Positions 44,921-54,375 of a stretch of 64,000 nt of DNA are shown one piece after another (within the stretch, counting starts at the first letter, position 1; each line of letters opens with the position of its first letter). Position numbers and translations under genes: made by a program. A model generated the notes under the pieces. The model ran no database searches. It saw only the letters and a program-made list of their open reading frames with translations, and was not told the origin of the DNA. This DNA comes from an uncultured Rivularia sp. (GTDB taxonomy: Bacteria; Cyanobacteriota; Cyanobacteriia; Cyanobacteriales; Nostocaceae), in the NCBI GenBank assembly GCA_963665115.1, contig OY762007.1, positions 6,304,001 through 6,368,000 of the forward strand, in the 5' to 3' direction.

Positions 44921-47900
44921 TCATTCCCCTAACTCCTTCATAACCTCTTCAGCCGATAAACCTTGAATTTCAGCCAAAACATCAGCCATTTGAGCTAAAT
45001 CATCCTCTTTCGGCTGCTCTTTCTCTACTAACTCGGCAATTTTACCCACCGTCGGTGCTTCAAACAAAACACTCCGCATTTCTAACTCAACTTGAAACAT
45101 TTCTCTAAGTCTTGCAATTGCTTGTACTGCTAACAATGAATGTCCACCCAATTCAAAGAAACTGTCATTGACTCCAACTTTATCTATACCTAATAAATCT
45201 TGCCATATTTGAGCTGTTGCTTGCTCAATATCATTTCTAGGTGCAATATATTCATTAGTTAAATTCGGTCTTTTATGACTGGAATTATTACTAATGGTAG
45301 ATGTTTCATTTAATGGTTTTAAGTTTATCCACTGCTTAATTCTTGCATCTAACTCTCCCTTACTCACCACAACTTGAGGAAAAGCAGCCATATCTAAAAT
45401 ATTTTGAGTTGCTTTCCATACTTCATTAGGAGTCAGAGCAAAATCAGCCATATTGGAACTAAATTCACGATGTTGATTTAATTCAAAATCATAAGCATCC
45501 CAATTGACGCTAAACCAAGGAGTTGAATTAGTATTACTATTTAGATTATTGCTTAATTGTTGTTGAGCAAAAGCATCGACAAAATAATTTGCAGCACTAT
45601 AAGCTCCTAACCCCAATCCACCAACAACAGTAGATAAAGAAGATTGCAAAATACAAAAATCAACTTTCCTCGACTGCAAAACCTTCTCTAAAACCTGCAA
45701 ACCATAAACCTTATAGCGGAAATTATACTCGCAATGATTCCTAGTCAATTCCCCAATTGTTGCTGTTGAATTCTCATTACTCATCGGAGTTGAATAAAAT
45801 ACCCCGTTAATTTCCCCAAAATGTGATTCTGCTTGAGAAATAGCATCCTCCATTTCCGACTCAGAGGTAATATCCGCTTCCACAAACAAATATTCTTCCC
45901 ATTCCCAACTTGGTTTTTCATCCCCAATCAAAACCAGTCTTGCTCCCAACGTGTTAACTAAATACTCAGTAAAAACCCTACCAAGCCCACCAACCAAATC
46001 CCCAATAATTAAATAACTCCCCCCCTCACGCAACACAACCTCCGTACCTCCTCCCTCAGCGCTCTCAGCGTCTCTGCGGTTTTTTAATTCCGTAAACACC
46101 TGTTCCCAACGATATCTTCCCCGATAAGCAACAGTAAAATCACTAACTTCACTTACAACCTCAGTCAATAACTGCTTGACTAACCTTTCATTCCCTTTCT
46201 CATCGAGGGTTACATCAATATTACAGCAAGCAATATTAGGATATTCCTGCCCAATCACCTTACCCAAACCCACTATCGGAGATTGAATTGAGTGTAAATC
46301 CTCTTCCCCAACAACGTCATAAAGACAATTAGTAATAATCTTGATATAAATCGAATTCTTAATTTTCTGTTGAGCGATCGCCTTCGTTAAATACAGTAAA
46401 CTATAAAATCCCAACTTCTGAGCATCTGCAAAGTTCGTACTAACATCATCTAAATTCCACAGATGAATCACCCGCTCAACACTTAATTCCCGTAATTCCA
46501 AATCTTCCAACAACTCAACATAATCTTTTCTATTTTCAGGATTAATACAAAATTGTCGATAACCAAGTTGGTCAAACTTATCACCAACGGCAACAGTAAT
46601 TACATCATGTCCGGCATTTCCCAATTGTTGACTAATTTCGCTACCAATACCAGCAGCATCAACAAAAATTAACCACACATACTTATTAGAAGCAAGTTTT
46701 TCCGCAGTTACAAACTCGACTTTATCCCGTTCCCAAGAAGGTACATAAAACCAATCTCCATCATGATTGATTTTAACTTTATTCTTACCCCTTAAATCCT
46801 GACTTATTGAGCTAGAAGCATCTATCCAGTAACGCTTTCTCTCAAACGGATAAGTTGGTAAAGGTATTCGATAACGTTTTTGTTGCTGATAAAAACCATT
46901 CCAATTAATTGTCAATCCATTTAACCACAGTTTACCCAATGTATTTAAAATAAAATCAACATTACTATTATCTTCCTTGGGATGTCTCAAACTTGTTAAA
47001 ACCAGTTCCCCTTGTCCCTTTGCAAAAGTACTAAGTGTCCTTCCCGCACCAACTTCTAATAAAATCCTACTAGAATCTTTCGTCAACTCTTCAATACCAG
47101 CAGCAAACTGTACCGTTTCTCGTAAATGTTTCACCCAATAAGCTTTATCAGTTGCTTGAGTTGCAGTAATCCAAGTACCAGTAACATTAGATATAAAAGG
47201 AATCGCAGGAGGATTTAATTTAATAGATTCCAATACTTCCATAAACGGTTTTTCTGCACCAGACATCATTGGTGAATGAAACGCATGAGATGTATGTAAA
47301 AGCCGACAAGCTATATTTGATGATTCTAAACGTTGTTGTAAGTCGGCGATCGCCTCACAATTTCCCGACACTACACATAATAATGGTGAATTAATCGCAG
47401 CTAAAGTAATTTCTTCATTTAACCAAGATTGAATTTCAGCAACAGATAAAAACACCGAAAGCATACTACCACTTGGCTGTTGCTGCATTAACTTTCCTCG
47501 GTTAGCAACCACCTTTAAAGCATCTTCTAAAGAAAATACTCCAGCCAAACAAGCCGCTACATATTCCCCAATACTATGTCCAATAGTAACTTGTGGAATA
47601 ATTCCCCATGACATCCATAACTTAGCTAAAGCGTATTCGATGATGAATATTGCAGGTTGAGCTTGAGCGGTTTGGTTGAGAGAGGGGGAAGAATTCCGAT
47701 TTCCTATTCCCTGTTCCCTATTCCCTGTTCCCTTATTAGGATAAATTAAGGCTAGTAAATCAAAACCGAGATGGGGTTTGAGTAAGGTGCAGCAATTATC
47801 TACTGTTTCTCTAAATACTGTTTGCGTTTCATATAATTCCCGTCCCATGTTAACGTATTGACTTCCTTGTCCGGAAAACATGAAAGTAATACTTCGAGTT

Positions 47901-49571
47901 GTCGGGGTGTGAGTGTGGGTAAAAACTTCCGGTGCAGAAGATGATTTTAATAATTCAATAGCGGATTCAATGTTTTGACAAACCAAGAAGCGACGATGTT
48001 CAAATTCTTGTCTACCAACTTTTAATGTATAAGCTACATCGGCTAGGTTTGAATTGGGATTTGTTTCTAGATAATTAGCTAAATTTTTTGTCGCTGTTTG
48101 TAATGCTGATTCTGTTTTAGCAGATATTAATAACAGTTCCCACGAATCGTTAACCTCACCCCCGTCCCCCTCTCCTTGTAAAGGAGAGGGGTGTTTGATA
48201 ATCTCCTTCCCCTCTCCTTAATAAGGAGAGGGGTGTCCGTAAGGACGGGGTGAGGTTTTCTTCCAATACCACATGAGCATTTGTTCCGCCAATTCCAAAG
48301 CAACTGACACCAGCACGACGCGGTAATTTATCGGTTTCCCATGCTGATAAACTCGCATTTACATAAAAAGGACTATTCTTAAAATCAATTTGCGGATTCG
48401 GTTGCTCAAAATGCAAACTAGGAGGAATCTGCTTATATTTAAGCGCTAACACTGCTTTAATTAAACTAGCGATTCCCGCAGCAGTATCTAAATGTCCGAT
48501 ATTAGTTTTCACCGAACCAATACCGCAGGGTTTTTGTTTTTTCTCTACCCTCTCTACCCCCTCTACTCTCTTCTCACTTCCAAATACTTGAGTTAATGCT
48601 GCAATTTCAATTGGATCTCCTAATGCAGTACCCGTACCGTGAGCTTCAATATAACTAATACTCTCAGGTTCAACTTCCGCTATCAATTGTGCAGCACGAA
48701 TTACTTTTGCTTGAGCGTCAATACTCGGAGATGTATAACTAACTTTGAAAGCACCATCATTATTAATAGCACTTCCTTTAATTACTGCATCAATACTGTC
48801 TCCATCATTTAAAGCATCTTCCAATCTCTTGAGAACAACAATTCCGACTCCACTTCCCGAAACTGTTCCTTTTGCATTAGCATCGAAAGCACGGCAATGT
48901 CCATCCGGTGAATAAATACCACCTTCTTGATATAAGTACCCCAGCTGCTTGGAAATTGCTACCCCACCTGCCAAAGCCATGTCGCATTCACCGCTCAATA
49001 AACTTTGGCAAGCTATATGAACTGCAACTAAAGATGTCGAACAAGCAGTTTGTACATCAACGCTTGGCCCTGATAAATTCAGTTTATAGGATACTCGCGT
49101 TGTTAAAAAGTCCTTGTCGCTGGCTAAAAATAATTGATAATTACTGACAGAATTACGAATATTTGGATTTGTGTAGAGATTGAACAAATATCCATTCATT
49201 CCCGCACCACCATAAACCCCAATCAAACCTGGATAAGTTTGCGGGTTATATCCTGCGGTTTCTATTGCTTCTTGGGCACATTCTAAAAATAAACGCTGTT
49301 GTGGATCTAAAATTTCAGCTTCCCTGGGACTAAAACCAAAAAAATCAGCATCGAATAGTTCGACATCTTCGAGTACTGCACCCGCTTTTACATACTGGGG
49401 ATGCTTCAAAGACTCCTTATCTACACCTTGAGAAAGCAAATATTCATCCGTCAAAGGACGAATTGATTCAGTTCCATTCTGAATATTTTGCCAATACTCG
49501 TCGATATTTCTAGCACCTGGAAATCTCCCAGCCATGCCGATAATAGCTATTTCTAATCCGTTCGTATTCAT
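44921..49571 (-). CDS. Type I PKS module KS-AT(malonyl)-KR-ACP; +1 frameshift at ~48160 inside an inserted repeat
   Basis: VQTACSTS, EAHGTGT, KTNIGHL (KS); linker LLISAKTESAL...ADVAYTLKVGR read manually; GHSIGE and HAFH (malonyl AT); KR with GAYSAAN; GGHSL. Confidence 0.92.
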
Positions 49572-49638
49572 AAAACTTTCAATCGCACAATAAATGAGCG
49601 CGAATCATTTTTATCTAATCAATTTATAATTTCAATTT

Positions 49639-49687
49639 ATGAGAAGTATTCTTAATAGACTCCTGACATTTGGCTATTATTGCACAG
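49639..49687 (-). promoter_or_regulatory. Fur-like dyad plus copy 3 of shared motif CTGTGCAATAATA upstream of the PKS-NRPS operon
   Basis: ATGAGAAGTATTCTTAATA (49639-49657), TCCTGA, then TATTATTGCACAG (49675-49687); same order as at 11751-11806. Confidence 0.55.
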
Positions 49688-49774
49688 ATATTGCAAGTAA
49701 TTACGTAATTTTTGTTACTATTTTGAGAAATGTAAATATAAAAAATAAAAAAACTGTTTAGCCCATGTAGAGTA

Positions 49775-50806
49775 TCACAGCTTTACTGGTGCAAATTCCA
49801 AGCCAGATGCCAAAATCGCTTGCTGACACCTTTCTTGAGACATATCACCCCCAATAACTTTTCGATTGAATTTATTTGCGATCGCAATCATTTCTGGATA
49901 TGGGAGCCAAGGAAAAACGATTGCTTCTCCAGGTAGAGAAAACATATTAATCAACTGTTCCAACTTATTCTGCTGCAATACCGACTCTTCTAAAACAATC
50001 AACGTTTGGGCTACATCAATCAACCAATCGTGATCCCAATTGTTGGAAGTCGCAGCCACAGCCAAGCTCACATCGGGTATATGAGAATGAAATTCAGGTG
50101 CTGCGGTATCTCCACAAAAAACCATATGTTGTCCTTCCAATACATACCAACCCGCTTCAACTTTTATATCGCTAAGGGAGTATGTTTGTTTTTGTTTTAA
50201 TTCTGGTTCGGGGACTTCTACTGATTTAACGTCAATTACTGTAGGTGTAGGAGGAATTAATTGAAGAATTTCGGGAATAGAAGTAGCAGTTATAGGTAAT
50301 TGTGTTTCAGCAACAGGTGTAGAATCATTCTGCTTAACTTCAGGAGGGTTAGATTTCTGCTTGTTCTGCTTAATTTCCGAACTCAATTCCTTGTGAGTAA
50401 TTTTTTCTCCATCATAAGCTTTTAGCAAATACTCTTCCCGTAATTCGTCAGGTGTAGATGGTGCTGCTAAAAGATAAAGAGCAGAAGTAGCAATATCAAT
50501 TTGTGCAAGATTTGCACGTTCCCCAAAAGTTTCATAGACATTTATGAAATTGTATGCTGTACGCCTGCTCCATTCAAATTCCGCTTTTACCCAAGCCTCA
50601 AATTGACCATGCTTCAGTTGAGCGCGTACATCCGCTAACCGCTGACCAATTTCCCAGATATCCTGTGCCGAACGCTGCAAACGCTCCTGAATCTCGCCAG
50701 TTCTTTGCATGACTAGGTTTCGTTGCTCTACAGTCAACGCTTCGTAATCAAACACAGAAGTAGTAATTTGTTTGCTTTTATCCAATTTACTCACACCTAG
50801 CTCCAA
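49775..50806 (-). CDS. DUF3102-domain protein with degenerate DNA-methyltransferase-like C-terminal region
   Basis: IWEIGQRLADVRAQLKHGQFEAWVKAEFEWSRRTAYNFINVYE and SALYLLAAPSTP (DUF3102); QHMVFCGDT and FSLPGEAIVFPW...NRKVIGGDMSQERC. Confidence 0.78.
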   Translation of the reverse strand: MELGVSKLDKSKQITTSVFDYEALTVEQRNLVMQRTGEIQERLQRSAQDIWEIGQRLADVRAQLKHGQFEAWVKAEFEWSRRTAYNFINVYETFGERANLAQIDIATSALYLLAAPSTPDELREEYLLKAYDGEKITHKELSSEIKQNKQKSNPPEVKQNDSTPVAETQLPITATSIPEILQLIPPTPTVIDVKSVEVPEPELKQKQTYSLSDIKVEAGWYVLEGQHMVFCGDTAAPEFHSHIPDVSLAVAATSNNWDHDWLIDVAQTLIVLEESVLQQNKLEQLINMFSLPGEAIVFPWLPYPEMIAIANKFNRKVIGGDMSQERCQQAILASGLEFAPVKL

Positions 50807-51516
50807 CTTATCTATTAGATCATAATTTATTTCTTGTCCTAAAAATATGCACCCAGCTATAAGCTATCGCAAAGCATCTCATAAGTTTTGATTAATATAT
50901 AACTTTTGTTAAAAAAAATACGGCGGGGTTGACAAGTAACCGCTTTCGTAAGTTAATGAGAATTATTATTATTTGGATTTAAGTATACTTAGTTGCTTAT
51001 GAATTCACCGACTTGAGTCTTGAAAATCTATTAGTTTTTCCGTTTGGAATGCAGTACATATCATTCATATTTATGTCCAAAGGAGGGACACAGAAATAGC
51101 TGTGAATAGTATTGTTTACAAGCCATAACCAAGAAACTTATGTTTTTGACTTAATGAATCCGAATGCAAATTTACATTCATCATAAATTTTGTATAAATT
51201 AAATTCTTCTAGCTGGCTGGTGCAGAAAATTGTCTAAGTACATATACATTGTTAAAGAAGCATCAAATTTTGTTGATAATAATGAGAGATAATCATGTCA
51301 AATAAATAAGAAATTTTAATCATTGCAAACTTTATAGACGATGCAATGAAGCACAATTTCGATAAGTAAAAGCATTTATAAAATGTATTTGTTGCAGAAA
51401 CGAAGAAAAAAATTTACATAACTAGACAAATCTATATATAGATTTTCATGATTATAAGGGTGAATGGGCTTCGGATTAGTTGGACTAAAAACTCAAAAAC
51501 AAATAATAAATAGAAG

Positions 51517-52227
51517 ATGACACAATTATTAGTAGATGAGACGTTGCTGCAAATAGATCACATTTTTGTCTGTCTTGAAACCGCACCTGATAAACTATTC
51601 TTGAAAGATTTAGGTTTAATTTGTACGGATAATGTAACTTTTCATCCACAGCAAGGAACCGCTTCTAGCCTTATTTTTTTTGAAAATACCTATATCGAAT
51701 TAATTTGGGTTGAGGATGAAATGATGGCAGAAATATATGCTATGCGTTCGGGGATAGACTTTACCGCACGTTCCTATTCTCCACAAAAAGCAACTTCTCC
51801 ATTTGGGATTGCTCTTCATCAAAAACCTAAAATTGTTCATCCCGAGTATGGTTCTTCAAGTAGCCTAAATCATCAACCCCCAGAACAATTTATTAATTTT
51901 GCAGCTTCAAATCTTGCTGCTCAAACAGAACCGCTATGTTTTATGATTCCTGAGTCAGTTTCTTTCTCAACCATATTTAATCCTCTTTTAGAAACTCATC
52001 GAAAATTAATAAATCATCCCTTGGGAATCAGAAAGTTAACAAATACTAGTATTGCGATGCGGAAATTCGGATTACTCACCAATCCTATTTCCATGTTGAA
52101 AAGAGACGGAATTATAGAAATAGAACAAAATTCTTCTCCATTATTAGAGTTGACATTTGACTATGGTGTTCAAAGAGAGAGTATTGATTTGCAATCGATT
52201 GGGATTCCGATTGTGTTGAAATATTGA
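51517..52227 (+). CDS. VOC/glyoxalase-like family protein
   Basis: IDHIFV, HPQQGTASSLIFFENTYIELIW, SPFGIAL, HPLGIRKLT. Confidence 0.78.
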   Translation: MTQLLVDETLLQIDHIFVCLETAPDKLFLKDLGLICTDNVTFHPQQGTASSLIFFENTYIELIWVEDEMMAEIYAMRSGIDFTARSYSPQKATSPFGIALHQKPKIVHPEYGSSSSLNHQPPEQFINFAASNLAAQTEPLCFMIPESVSFSTIFNPLLETHRKLINHPLGIRKLTNTSIAMRKFGLLTNPISMLKRDGIIEIEQNSSPLLELTFDYGVQRESIDLQSIGIPIVLKY

Positions 52228-52543
52228 CTCAAAAGTATTATTGTTTTAGGAATATGAATTTAAGTCATGGGTAAAGGTTGAGAGAAAAACATAAACTCTG
52301 TGACCTTTGATTTGCATCTATATATCATGTCTGGTTTAACTTTTATATGACTTTTATGACTGGTGACACACGTAAGGTAATTGGTATTAAAGAATAAATT
52401 AATTCCAGCCTTCGTGCGTATTTTTTATGTCTTTGGGACATTTACAACTTACCGTCATGGTTATATAAAATTGTTGGCAGTACATGAATAAAAAAACACT
52501 TCCGTATAAATATTGATGTTCGCGTAATTTTAAGAATCAAATT

Positions 52544-54145
52544 ATGACAATTGCAATCAGTGCAAATCCCACAGTCCTGACTGAAGAACAGGGAACAGAA
52601 CTCGTTCTTACACTCACTTCAAGCGAACCAATACCGTCGGGTGGTTTGGTTGTTACTATTGATAGTCCGACTGAAAATGCTTTGGGCCAATTGGATGTAT
52701 TCGCAGCCCAATTCCAGAATGGTCGGTTTGTCAGCGTTAATGATGATACTAGTGGGTTCAATTTTCAAATTAACGCATCACCAGCAACTATAACTGTACC
52801 GATTTTTGATGACCAAGATCCTGACGCAGGTAATTTAAGTTTTGCGCTTCAACCAGGTGCAGGATATACAATTGACCCAAATGCAAGTTCGGTAAATTTG
52901 ACTTTGGCAGATGCTGAAAGCCCAACACCAGAACCAGAACCCGAACCAGAACCAGAACCCGAACCAGAACCTGAACCTGAACCTGAACCCGAGCCAGAAC
53001 CAGAGCCAGAACCAGAACCCGAACCCGAACCTGAACCTGAACCAGAACCAACTAATACCATTCCAGTTGCTCAAAACGATAGCTACGCGACTCAAGCGGG
53101 TCAACAGCTGAATATAGATGTAGCTTTAGGAGTATTGACAAATGATACGGATGCTGAGGGCAACCCATTAAATGCTACGATTGTGGATGCTCCAGATAAC
53201 AACGCCAATTTTACCTTTAGCAGTGATGGGTCATTTGCATATACTTCCCTTGATGACTTTAGCGGTACCGATAGCTTTACTTATACAGTTAGCGATGGTG
53301 AGTTAACTTCCGAACCTGCAACGGTAGAAATAAATGTTGCAGCAGCACCCGAGCCGGAACCCGAACCAGAACCAGAACCCGAACCCGAACCAGATACCGA
53401 TACTAGTGTTCCACCATTAGGTTCGGGACCAGAACCAGAACCGGAACCAACTCCGGAACCCGAACCCACACCAGAACCAGATTCATCAGAATCAGAAGTT
53501 AGTGAGATTGTCAATATTGCCTTTAATACAAACGAAGCCGATGCAGCCAGCAATTTAATTTTTGATACAACTCCAGCAGGTGAAGGAACTAATGTCGTTG
53601 CTAGACTTGTTGATGATGTAGAAGATTTAGGAACTGATGCAGCATTTGAGAACCTTGTAGGTTTGTATGAAATAGTAGACGCAAACGGTGGAATAGATAC
53701 TAACGGTGATGGTCAAGCTGATATACTTCCCGGACAAGAAGGTTATGCACTAGCTGCAATCGAAAATCGCGTTGATAATTTTGTATTGCAAGCTGGTGGT
53801 TCGGGAGATGAAGATGATAATACCTCGGTAGAGGAATTTGGAGATGTAATTCTTGAAGGAGGAAAATTATTTGCTCCGTTTATAATTGCTAACGGTGGTG
53901 AATTAGGTTTTGATGGATTTATTGAAAGCGAAGGTGGAGAAGGAAATGCGTTTAACAATGCTGCTGAATCCATTGATGATGCAGTAGCTTATTTCGGCTT
54001 TACCGAAGCGAATCCCGATGGAGTTGCACACTTACAATCTCGTGGGAATAACATCTTCGGCTTTGAAGACCTTCCCAGTAACCTCGCTGGTGTTAGCGAC
54101 AACGACTTCAACGATGCTGTATTCGGGTTTGAATTTTCAGCATAA
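52544..54145 (+). CDS. Acidic surface/secreted protein with Calx-like domain, (PE)n linkers, cadherin/Ig-like domain and C-terminal DUF4114-like domain
   Basis: About 20 PE repeats; PVAQNDSY...[11 protein letters not shown]...[19 protein letters not shown]...FGFEDLP...DNDFND. Confidence 0.8.
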   Translation: MTIAISANPTVLTEEQGTELVLTLTSSEPIPSGGLVVTIDSPTENALGQLDVFAAQFQNGRFVSVNDDTSGFNFQINASPATITVPIFDDQDPDAGNLSFALQPGAGYTIDPNASSVNLTLADAESPTPEPEPEPEPEPEPEPEPEPEPEPEPEPEPEPEPEPEPEPEPTNTIPVAQNDSYATQAGQQLNIDVALGVLTNDTDAEGNPLNATIVDAPDNNANFTFSSDGSFAYTSLDDFSGTDSFTYTVSDGELTSEPATVEINVAAAPEPEPEPEPEPEPEPDTDTSVPPLGSGPEPEPEPTPEPEPTPEPDSSESEVSEIVNIAFNTNEADAASNLIFDTTPAGEGTNVVARLVDDVEDLGTDAAFENLVGLYEIVDANGGIDTNGDGQADILPGQEGYALAAIENRVDNFVLQAGGSGDEDDNTSVEEFGDVILEGGKLFAPFIIANGGELGFDGFIESEGGEGNAFNNAAESIDDAVAYFGFTEANPDGVAHLQSRGNNIFGFEDLPSNLAGVSDNDFNDAVFGFEFSA

Positions 54146-54164
54146 TTAATTAGTTAATACCGTT

Positions 54165-54358
54165 AACTAATGTAGAGACGTAGCAGTGCTACGTCTCCGA
54201 GTATTTAGATTTGCAACGATAATTTTACAGAATGATATTAATAATTTGAGAATTTAGATATTACATAAGTCATTCTCAAACATAATAAAAATAACAAATA
54301 TTTTCGCCGCATTATCATCATTAGGGAGACGTAGCATTGCTACATCTCTACATTAGTT
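54165..54358. repeat. REPIN/MITE-like element with 34-bp inverted repeats between convergent genes
   Basis: AACTAATGTAGAGACGTAGCAGTGCTACGTCTCC (54165-54198) versus GGAGACGTAGCATTGCTACATCTCTACATTAGTT (54325-54358), 2 mismatches. Confidence 0.75.
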
Positions 54359-54375
54359 GCGGGTAATAATTAGAT

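Noticed and set aside
19985..49571. NRPS/PKS fragments as pseudogenes or programmed frameshifts
   Set aside because: All breaks are +1 homopolymer insertions with intact motifs on both sides and no shared slippery context; sequencing error is more parsimonious
52788..53553. ORFs with GS, FWFR, QN or VLVR repeats resembling RiPP precursors
   Set aside because: Shadow frames of the (PE)n linkers of 52544-54145
54229..54290. Fur-like dyads (TTTGAGAAT...ATTCTCAAA)
   Set aside because: Located between convergent gene ends inside a repeat element, with no downstream gene to regulate
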